From an uncultured Gammaproteobacteria bacterium (GTDB lineage: Bacteria > Patescibacteriota > Microgenomatia > Daviesbacterales > UBA10151): a stretch of 5,427 nt of DNA. The first letter of the stretch is position 1; each line of letters begins with the position of its first letter. The DNA is taken from contig CAZFVS010000074.1 of NCBI GenBank assembly GCA_964522265.1, forward strand, positions 1 through 5,427. Direction: 5' to 3'. Shown here one piece after another: positions 1 to 5,330 of this stretch. A program made the position numbers and the translations under genes. The notes under the pieces are model-generated. The model did not search any database, was not told the DNA's origin, and was given only the letters and a program-made list of their open reading frames with translations.

Positions 1-214
1 CTCTTTAGAGCAGACAGTTGCAGTAGCTGGCCTGGTTCTGGACGCAACTGAATCAAGCAGGAATTTTGCAGATCCTAAGATGTTGAGCAGGATTGATGAA
101 CTTCATAAGAATGCAGCTAAATTAGAACAAAGAGCTCTTGGTATGAGATCAACTGGTGAAAATGGGATAGTGCTGCCTGAGGTCACAGAGGGAAGTTTCA
201 GAGAAATAGTATGA
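1..214 (+). CDS. Partial CDS (3' end only) of a hypothetical protein; the 5' end lies left of the window
   Basis: The frame starting at nt 2 is open for 70 sense codons (SLEQTVAVAGLVLDATESSRNFADPKMLSRIDELHKNAAKLEQRALGMRSTGENGIVLPEVTEGSFREIV) and stops at TGA 212-214. The other two + frames stop early (TAG 6-8, TGA 49-51). The stop is 7 nt upstream of the ATG of the next + strand gene, which is operon-like spacing. It is absent from the supplied ORF track, presumably because it has no long start-to-stop ORF inside the window. I recognise no motif. Confidence 0.55.
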   Translation, partial: SLEQTVAVAGLVLDATESSRNFADPKMLSRIDELHKNAAKLEQRALGMRSTGENGIVLPEVTEGSFREIV

Positions 215-221
215 AATCAGT

Positions 222-1514
222 ATGGTTACTCTCAAAGAACAGGAAGCAGTTGATTATTTAAACAGGGCTCAGAGCTGCATTAATCCCGAAGATAATTTTT
301 CCAACCTCCAGCTGGTTAAAACAATGCTCAGGATCGAATCGGCATTCATCCAAAGGCTGTCTGATAAAGACCCTGAGATGGCAAGAGTGGATATCGGCAC
401 AAGCGGTTTTCCACAGTTTGAAAGTTGGTCTGTTGATATACAAAACGCTTTTAAACAGTACGACCAGATAAAATCGGATAGGGCAAAGCTTTTAGCAGCA
501 CCATTTAAACAGTTTCTTAATGTAAATCCCAGGGGGATAATTGAGGAATGCGCCAAAGCTGTTGAAAAACTTGCGGATAACAGTTTATTTACAGGTGTTT
601 TTGAGGGTATAACTGAAGCGCAAAGGAATTATTTAGGAAGGGAGGATACGCCCCTGTTACAAATTGACCCAAAACACCCGGGGTTACTTTTTGTAAGGCA
701 TCAAGAGTCGCCGTTTCAGTTAGAGGATTTTGACCCAGGAGCGCCTGTGATAGTTCAAAATATTTATGGAATAATCAGTAAACGCATAAAATTGATTTCG
801 CAAATTCCCCAAAAAGCAGGTTTAAAGTATTTTGATGCGGCCGAAAAACCTTTTATGGTTTATTCAATACCTGAAGGGATAATCAGAGTTTTAATATCGG
901 GATCTCCGATGCTTGTCCGAAGCGGTAAGGTATTTAAAGAAGCGGTTGAACAGGATGAGCATGGCCACAACAAAATATGCCGGATTCGTCATGACGGTGA
1001 AAGATCATACACGGACTACATATTTTATCAGGTTGAATGTCCCAACATTAATTTACTACCTAATGAACCTATCGGACTTGAGAAAAAATTTGCCGGTATC
1101 AATCCTGACATTCTCAACGCGGTTTTGAATATAGAAACAGCCGGATTTCAAAGACCGGCAGTTGACAGGCTGATTAATTTGCTGCCTGATTTTGACAGCC
1201 TGGCCAGAGATTCTTTTGATTTTTTCAGAAACTCAATAAACGGCACAATCCGAAATGATGTTCTTTTGGCTCAAGGTCAAAGTTATGGTAAGAGAATAGG
1301 CGAATTTTTCAGCTCTATTGATGATGATAATTTATCCATTCCTTTGCAGCTTGCTTTTGGGCAAGTTTTGCAACCCTTAGGGAAAGAGTTAGGTTGGGGG
1401 ATAAAAGTTACTGAGGTTGATCCACGCCTATATACTCCGGAAATGGATATGGAACCGCACAAAGAAATTTTACCAAAAAAGAAAAGGAGACTACTGCCCT
1501 GGTGTTCAGGATGA
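222..1514 (+). CDS. Hypothetical protein, paralogue A (430 aa), family not recognised
   Basis: This is a long ORF of 430 codons. It begins MVTLKEQEAVDYLNRA, matching the start of the downstream ORF. Its TGA stop (1512-1514) overlaps the ATG at 1511-1513. By eye I see no signal peptide, no transmembrane segment and no Walker or HExxH-type catalytic motif. The C-terminus carries a basic patch, PKKKRR. Confidence 0.85.
   Translation: MVTLKEQEAVDYLNRAQSCINPEDNFSNLQLVKTMLRIESAFIQRLSDKDPEMARVDIGTSGFPQFESWSVDIQNAFKQYDQIKSDRAKLLAAPFKQFLNVNPRGIIEECAKAVEKLADNSLFTGVFEGITEAQRNYLGREDTPLLQIDPKHPGLLFVRHQESPFQLEDFDPGAPVIVQNIYGIISKRIKLISQIPQKAGLKYFDAAEKPFMVYSIPEGIIRVLISGSPMLVRSGKVFKEAVEQDEHGHNKICRIRHDGERSYTDYIFYQVECPNINLLPNEPIGLEKKFAGINPDILNAVLNIETAGFQRPAVDRLINLLPDFDSLARDSFDFFRNSINGTIRNDVLLAQGQSYGKRIGEFFSSIDDDNLSIPLQLAFGQVLQPLGKELGWGIKVTEVDPRLYTPEMDMEPHKEILPKKKRRLLPWCSG
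234..268 (+). repeat. Copy 1 of a 35-nt perfect direct repeat (AAAGAACAGGAAGCAGTTGATTATTTAAACAGGGC)
   Basis: It is identical to 1523-1557, read directly from the sequence. It covers codons 5-16 of paralogue A (KEQEAVDYLNRA). Confidence 0.95.
1475..1481 (+). other. A_AAA_AAG heptamer in the zero-frame register of paralogue A (candidate -1 frameshift slippery site)
   Basis: The zero-frame codons are CCA AAA AAG (1473-1481), so the heptamer A AAA AAG is in the canonical X_XXY_YYZ phase. The -1 frame is the frame of paralogue B and is free of stops from 1421 to 1511. No convincing downstream stimulatory structure is seen, only CCTG/CAGG (4 bp). Confidence 0.2.
1484..1489 (+). promoter_or_regulatory. 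Shine-Dalgarno-like AAGGAG upstream of paralogue B
   Basis: AAGGAG lies at 1484-1489 inside the 3' end of paralogue A. It is 12 nt before GTG 1502 and 21 nt before ATG 1511. It is the only clear SD-like motif I see upstream of any start in the window. The spacing is longer than optimal for either candidate start. Confidence 0.45.
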
Positions 1515-2764
1515 CAAATTTGAAAGAACAGGAAGCAGTTGATTATTTAAACAGGGCGAGGTCTTGTTTGCATCCCGAGGAAGATACTTTCTCCAACCTT
1601 CCCCTTATCGCAGCCATGCTTGATATCCAGATAGCATTTTTGCAGCACACACAAAATCTTGGCTTAAATGAACTTTCTACGGTTTCAATTGATGCAACCG
1701 GATTTCCCCAACTGGACTTTTGGCAGGGTAATATTAAAAATGCCCTCAATGCTTTTGAGGGGATCAGAGCAGTACGGGGTAAGTTTTTGGGTAATTTTCT
1801 GCAGCAGGTCATTAACGGTTCTGCCAGCGGCATATCCTCTGAAGGTAAGGAGCTTGTCAAAAATTTGGGGAAAGACAGTATTTTAACCAGGGTTTTACAA
1901 AGATTAACGGATCATCAAATAAGTCTTTTAACCAACCCGCCGGTTTACTTGTGTAAAAAAATTCCGGGTCTGCTTTGTACCACAGAAGGAGATCGTGTGC
2001 CATACACCCAGGATCAAAATAAGTATCAATTTATAGAAGTTCCACCGGTTGCCGGCTTAAAATATGTAGATTCATTATTACCAAACAGAACGCCTTTTAT
2101 AACTTATGCCTTTTTACATGATTATTATCAGTATAACCGTTCTTCTGTAGTAAAATTAATGACCCCAACTTTGAGTATAATAAGCACAAGTTATGTACAG
2201 AAAACAGATCAGATAATCGAACTCCGGAGACCATCTGCGCTACCTGTTTATCAAAAAAGGATAGATATTTCGAGAAATTACGAAAAGTATACAAAACATC
2301 AAAAAGACAATGCTATTTTTTACGAAGGCTTACAAAGACTGCACCCTGCGGTGTTTCGGGCTTTTTGTGCGTTTGAGTCAGCAAGGTTTTCCGATGACTC
2401 AAGGGATGCTTTTATAAAAGCACTTCCAGAACTTAACTTAATGATAAAAAATACCCTGGAGTATTCCGGGCAAGTACTGCAAGGTGCATATATGTCTCAG
2501 ACAGATGCTGAGAATTTTTCCAGAACCTTATCCTCAAAAACAGCCAGATTATTTGCATCTTTACCGGATGATTATTGCAGAAGGTTGTATCAGATTGCGC
2601 TTGGTGAGGCTTTAAAAGATGTGATCAACAAATCCGAAAAATTAGCCCAACCGGCGCTTCAGGCGCCAAAAATGCGAATGTTACCGGTACCTGATGAGAA
2701 ATCCTTAATAAAAAGAATATGGAATGGTTTCAAAAGTGAATACGGTTTTACCGAGCGAGCATAG
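1511..2764 (+). CDS. Hypothetical protein, paralogue B (417 aa from ATG 1511; 420 aa if GTG 1502 is used), family not recognised
   Basis: From ATG 1511 the product starts MTNLKEQEAVDYLNRA, which aligns residue for residue with MVTLKEQEAVDYLNRA of paralogue A. Shared motifs continue down the whole length: FSNL, GFPQ..W..I.NA, PGLL, AGLKY.D...PF..Y, E.A.F....D..I..LP and Q.A.G..L. The ATGA overlap with the upstream stop supports 1511 as the start. The alternative start GTG 1502 lies 12 nt after an AAGGAG motif, so the exact start is uncertain. The stop is TAG 2762-2764. Confidence 0.85.
   Translation: MTNLKEQEAVDYLNRARSCLHPEEDTFSNLPLIAAMLDIQIAFLQHTQNLGLNELSTVSIDATGFPQLDFWQGNIKNALNAFEGIRAVRGKFLGNFLQQVINGSASGISSEGKELVKNLGKDSILTRVLQRLTDHQISLLTNPPVYLCKKIPGLLCTTEGDRVPYTQDQNKYQFIEVPPVAGLKYVDSLLPNRTPFITYAFLHDYYQYNRSSVVKLMTPTLSIISTSYVQKTDQIIELRRPSALPVYQKRIDISRNYEKYTKHQKDNAIFYEGLQRLHPAVFRAFCAFESARFSDDSRDAFIKALPELNLMIKNTLEYSGQVLQGAYMSQTDAENFSRTLSSKTARLFASLPDDYCRRLYQIALGEALKDVINKSEKLAQPALQAPKMRMLPVPDEKSLIKRIWNGFKSEYGFTERA
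1523..1557 (+). repeat. Copy 2 of the 35-nt perfect direct repeat
   Basis: It is identical to 234-268 and covers the equivalent codons of paralogue B. Confidence 0.95.
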
Positions 2765-3485
2765 AGCGAGCATAGATTGAATTGACCAATTTTTCTATAT
2801 CCGGAAAATATTTTTGCGCCAAGGTTGAACCATGCCGGATATATTTTGCGTATTCATCCCACTCTTTTCTCCCTGTAAATCTGACAGCTAAAGCCTCGGC
2901 CAGATCTTCATAAATCATTTCTTCGGGCGTGTAAAATGACCCGCCGTTTGCCCCCGGAATTTTATCAAGCATAGAAAGCGGCCGGGGGGATTTTCTAAGT
3001 TCCGACAAAACTGCCCCGTAGTATTTAAAGGTTTCATTTAAATCTGCTCTTGGGTGAAGTGTCTCCAGCGCGTCTACCATTTCGTAAAAAATTGCCGTGT
3101 GTCCTATTTCATGAAATATTTTATGCGTCATTGCCTCACCCCCGCTCATAAATTCCCCCTTAAAAGTTAAGGATCTGATATTTGCCGGCGGAGGTTTTTC
3201 TCCGATTTCCAAAGTTGTCTGAGGAAGCAGGGGAGAAACTTTTCTGATGAAAGAACCCGCGATGGCTGAATAAGTGTTGGCAATATCAACGCCTCTTCCA
3301 GATGTTGCACCTCCAAACTGTTGCAGTAAATCCCCGGCTTCTCTGGTCGGCAGAATCGTTCTTGATACCCATGTGTTTTTCAAAATTTCCAGCCTGATGT
3401 TGTATTTACGGCAAAATCTTTCTACCCTTTCATTTGCGCTGGTTTCATCTTCTTGGTTTGTAGTTTCTAATTCAGGTGGATCCAT
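2748..3485 (-). CDS. HExxH-motif protein, putative cytoplasmic zinc metallopeptidase (family unassigned), 245 aa
   Basis: This is a 245-codon ORF. The motif FHEIGHTAIFYE has HEIGH at residues 125-129 (nt 3099-3113). Acidic or His residues downstream (E135, D138, E141, H144, E151) could supply a third metal ligand. There is no HExxHxxGxxH metzincin extension. The N-terminus is acidic (MDPPELETTNQEDETS), with no signal peptide or transmembrane segment. The product call rests on the short motif only. Confidence 0.75.
   Translation of the reverse strand: MDPPELETTNQEDETSANERVERFCRKYNIRLEILKNTWVSRTILPTREAGDLLQQFGGATSGRGVDIANTYSAIAGSFIRKVSPLLPQTTLEIGEKPPPANIRSLTFKGEFMSGGEAMTHKIFHEIGHTAIFYEMVDALETLHPRADLNETFKYYGAVLSELRKSPRPLSMLDKIPGANGGSFYTPEEMIYEDLAEALAVRFTGRKEWDEYAKYIRHGSTLAQKYFPDIEKLVNSIYARSMLAR
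2753..2774. repeat. 11-bp tandem duplication, GAGCGAGCATA x2
   Basis: GAGCGAGCATA at 2753-2763 is repeated exactly at 2764-2774. The repeat spans the TAG stop of paralogue B (2762-2764) and the last codons of the convergent minus-strand gene (YARSMLAR, stop). Confidence 0.9.
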
Positions 3486-3495
3486 ATGTTACTAA

Positions 3496-3524
3496 TTGAC
3501 AAAATTTAACATCTTCGCCATTAT
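3496..3524 (+). promoter_or_regulatory. Candidate sigma70-type promoter for pyrG
   Basis: A consensus -35 TTGACA (3496-3501) is followed by a 17-nt spacer and the -10-like CATTAT (3519-3524, 4/6 match to TATAAT). This places the transcription start about 15-20 nt before ATG 3548. It is a motif match only. Confidence 0.4.
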
Positions 3525-3530
3525 GTTTCC

Positions 3531-3536
3531 ATTATA
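3531..3536 (-). promoter_or_regulatory. Candidate -10 box (perfect TATAAT on the minus strand) for the HExxH gene
   Basis: The + strand ATTATA at 3531-3536 reads TATAAT on the minus strand, 45 nt upstream of the minus-strand ATG (3485-3483). No good -35 is seen at 16-18 nt spacing; that position falls in the AT-rich first codons of pyrG. Confidence 0.3.
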
Positions 3537-3547
3537 CCTTAATTAAT

Positions 3548-5164
3548 ATGAAATATATATTCATCTCCGGCGGTGTTATATCTGGAATCGGCAAAGGTAT
3601 TGCCACCGCTTCAATAACCCTGCTTCTTAAAGCTGCCGGTTACCGGGCGGCCCCGATCAAAATTGACCCGTATTTAAATATTGACGCAGGAACAATGAAC
3701 CCGATTATTCATGGGGAGGTGTTCGTTTTGGATGACGGTTCAGAAACCGACCAAGATCTAGGCCATTATGAAAGGTTTTCCGGTCAGTCCCTGAATAAAA
3801 CTAATTTTACAACATCCGGACAGGTATATTCTGCGGTTATTTCCCGCGAAAGAAGCCTGTTTTATGACGGTGAGTGTGTAGAGGCCCTGCCGCACATTAC
3901 TGATGAGTTTATCGGGAGGATTCAAACTGCCGGTAAAGCCGCCAGGGCGGATGTAGTGGTCATAGAGATCGGCGGAACCGTTGGGGAGATGCAAAATTCG
4001 TTCATCTTTGAGGCAAACAGGGTGCTCAAACTGAAAAATCCTGCAGATGTAATCCATATCCATTTAAGTTATTTGCCGATCCCCCCCTCGATTGGCGAAA
4101 TGAAAAGCAAGCCCGCCCAGATGTCAGTTAAGGAATTAAACAGTATGGGGATCCAGCCCGATATCCTGCTGGCCCGCTCAGAAGTGGCTCTGGACCAGTC
4201 GCGGCGCAGGAAACTCGCACTTTTTTGTTCACTAGCAGATAACGATATAATTTCCGCTCCGGATGTTTCAAACATTTATGAAATTCCCCTAAATTTGGAA
4301 AAAGGCAACTTGACAGACAGGATTTTGAAGAAACTTAATTTGAAAAGAAAAAAGAAAGATCTTAAAGCTTGGGAGACGTTTGTTAAAAAAACAGAGAGCG
4401 CAAAGGTGCCGGTAAGTATTGGTATTGTCGGAAAGTATTTTGCAACCGGCAATTTCACCCTGACTGACTCTTATGTTTCAGTGATTGAAGCGATCAAACA
4501 CGCATCGTTTACCCTAGGTTTAAAACCTGAAATTACCTGGATTGATTCAGGGAAGATTGAAAAAGATATTAGAAGCCTCAAAGCTTTTCAGGGGATTATT
4601 GTCCCCGGAGGGTTTGGTTCCCGGGATGTTGAGGGAAAAATCGCTGCCATAAAATTTGCCAGGGAAGAAAACATTCCGTATCTGGGTTTATGCTTCGGTA
4701 TGCAGCTGGCGGTGGTGGAGTTTGCCAGAAACGTTTTGGGTTTGAAGGATGCGCACACAACTGAGGTTGACTCCAACACCAAAAACCCTGTTATTCATAT
4801 TATGCCGGATCAGGCGAAAAAAATGCTTTCCCGCGACTATGGCGCAACCATGAGGCTTGGATCCTGGGATTGTATTTTGAAACAGGGGAGTCTGGTGCAA
4901 AAAATATACGGCAGGGATAAGACTTCTGAGCGCCACCGCCATCGCTTTGAATTTAATAACCACTATTTGAAAAGCTTGGAAGCAAAGGGTTTGTCTGTAT
5001 CCGGTATGTCGCCTGACGGTAAGCTTGTTGAAGTGATAGAATTGTCTAGCCACCCATTTTTTGTGGGCACCCAGTTTCACCCTGAATTAAAATCTCAGCC
5101 TTTAAAGCCCCACCCCCTGTTTTTGGGCTTCATCAATGCTGCCGGTAAAACCTGTATGCAATAA
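3548..5164 (+). CDS. pyrG: CTP synthase (glutamine-hydrolysing), PyrG, 538 aa
   Basis: The protein resembles PyrG along its full length from memory of E. coli PyrG. Matches include the N-terminal KYIFISGGVISGIGKGI P-loop-like motif, DPYLNIDAGTMNP..HGEVFV.DDG.ETD.DLGHYERF, PHIT, IEIGGTVG, KSKPAQMSVKEL and GIQPD. The C-terminal class I glutamine amidotransferase domain shows IPYLGLCFGMQ (nucleophile Cys382, nt 4691-4693), ERHRHRFEFN and QFHPE (His/Glu of the triad). The length is typical for the family. Confidence 0.97.
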   Translation: MKYIFISGGVISGIGKGIATASITLLLKAAGYRAAPIKIDPYLNIDAGTMNPIIHGEVFVLDDGSETDQDLGHYERFSGQSLNKTNFTTSGQVYSAVISRERSLFYDGECVEALPHITDEFIGRIQTAGKAARADVVVIEIGGTVGEMQNSFIFEANRVLKLKNPADVIHIHLSYLPIPPSIGEMKSKPAQMSVKELNSMGIQPDILLARSEVALDQSRRRKLALFCSLADNDIISAPDVSNIYEIPLNLEKGNLTDRILKKLNLKRKKKDLKAWETFVKKTESAKVPVSIGIVGKYFATGNFTLTDSYVSVIEAIKHASFTLGLKPEITWIDSGKIEKDIRSLKAFQGIIVPGGFGSRDVEGKIAAIKFAREENIPYLGLCFGMQLAVVEFARNVLGLKDAHTTEVDSNTKNPVIHIMPDQAKKMLSRDYGATMRLGSWDCILKQGSLVQKIYGRDKTSERHRHRFEFNNHYLKSLEAKGLSVSGMSPDGKLVEVIELSSHPFFVGTQFHPELKSQPLKPHPLFLGFINAAGKTCMQ

Positions 5165-5187
5165 CTTTATATTTCTGGGTGAATCTC

Positions 5188-5207
5188 TTTTAGTTGTTTT
5201 TAGTTGT
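5188..5207. repeat. 10-bp tandem repeat, TTTTAGTTGT x2
   Basis: The two copies (5188-5197 and 5198-5207) are identical. The repeat starts 24 nt after the pyrG stop. Confidence 0.9.
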
Positions 5208-5215
5208 TCAAAAAC

Positions 5216-5235
5216 ACCGCGGCTATAACCGCGGT
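5216..5235. terminator. GC-rich hairpin downstream of pyrG (terminator-like but with atypical polarity)
   Basis: ACCGCGG (5216-5222), loop CTATAA, CCGCGGT (5229-5235) gives a perfect 7-bp stem. On the + strand it is preceded by an A-tract (5210-5214) and followed by AATCC, so there is no U-tail for pyrG transcripts. A U-tail would exist only for minus-strand transcription. Confidence 0.35.
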
Positions 5236-5242
5236 AATCCAT

Positions 5243-5287
5243 GGTTACAAAGGTTACAAAATTAAGCTATAGCATGAAGTTGTAACC
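5243..5287. promoter_or_regulatory. Three copies of the octamer GGTTACAA (two tandem direct copies and one inverted) flanking a GCTATAGC palindrome; candidate operator or RNA stem
   Basis: GGTTACAAA occurs at 5243-5251 and 5252-5260. The reverse complement TTGTAACC lies at 5280-5287. The 8-bp palindrome GCTATAGC (5266-5273) sits in the 20-nt interval between them. The inverted copy overlaps the candidate -35 of the downstream gene. Confidence 0.4.
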
Positions 5288-5308
5288 CAAGCTGAATTGT
5301 GCTAAATT
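5280..5308 (+). promoter_or_regulatory. Candidate extended -10 promoter for the downstream ORF
   Basis: TTGTAA (5280-5285) is followed by a 17-nt spacer and then TGcTAAATT (TG 5300-5301, -10 at 5303-5308). This would give a short leader before ATG 5331. It is a motif match only. Confidence 0.3.
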
Positions 5309-5330
5309 ACCAAAATCAGTCCTATTTTTT

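Noticed and set aside
211-261. ATG 211-213 overlapping the TGA stop (212-214) of the upstream partial ORF, mimicking the ATGA junction at 1511.
   Set aside because: It opens only a 16-codon ORF (MKSVWLLSKNRKQLII) in a different frame from paralogue A. There is no support for it as a gene.
1473-1490. The PKKKRR patch at the C-terminus of paralogue A resembles a eukaryotic monopartite nuclear localisation signal. This would hint at a host-targeted effector.
   Set aside because: A six-residue basic run is far too weak as evidence. Such patches are common in nucleic-acid or membrane-binding tails, and nothing else in the window indicates a host-associated secretion system.
1502-1510. GTG 1502 as the start of paralogue B, as listed in the ORF track (MFRMTNL...).
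   Set aside because: Not fully excluded, because it is closer to the AAGGAG motif. ATG 1511 is preferred because it gives an N-terminus (MTNLKEQ) collinear with paralogue A (MVTLKEQ) and forms the classic ATGA stop/start overlap.
1498-1510. CCTG-GTGTT-CAGG mini-hairpin as a stimulatory structure for the candidate frameshift.
   Set aside because: It has only 4 bp of stem and cannot be extended. It is not comparable to known frameshift-stimulating stem-loops or pseudoknots.
2796-2850. 9-bp inverted repeat TATATCCGG (2796-2804) / CCGGATATA (2835-2843) followed by TTTT, 32 nt after the stop of paralogue B, as a possible intrinsic terminator for the + operon.
   Set aside because: The loop would be 30 nt and the stem is AT-rich. 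The element lies inside the coding sequence of the minus-strand gene, where it coincides with a repeated peptide pattern (AKYI / AQKYF). The evidence for a terminator is insufficient.
258-5080. Short ORFs from the track that lie inside or antisense to the long genes: 258-443 -, 269-556 -, 913-1128 +, 1543-1860 -, 1668-1886 +, 2097-2294 -, 3274-3495 +, 3758-4063 -, 4069-4275 -, 4276-4458 -, 4588-4782 -, 4688-5080 -.
   Set aside because: Each is fully embedded in a much longer ORF that has paralogy or family support. Their translations look low-complexity or random, with no motifs. They are typical shadow ORFs.
5216-5235. The GC hairpin read as a canonical minus-strand intrinsic terminator (hairpin followed by GTTTTTG on the minus strand).
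   Set aside because: All three minus-strand frames contain stops within 5331-5427, and the only plausible ORF to the right is on the + strand. No minus-strand gene is therefore visible for it to terminate. It is kept only as a low-confidence structural feature.
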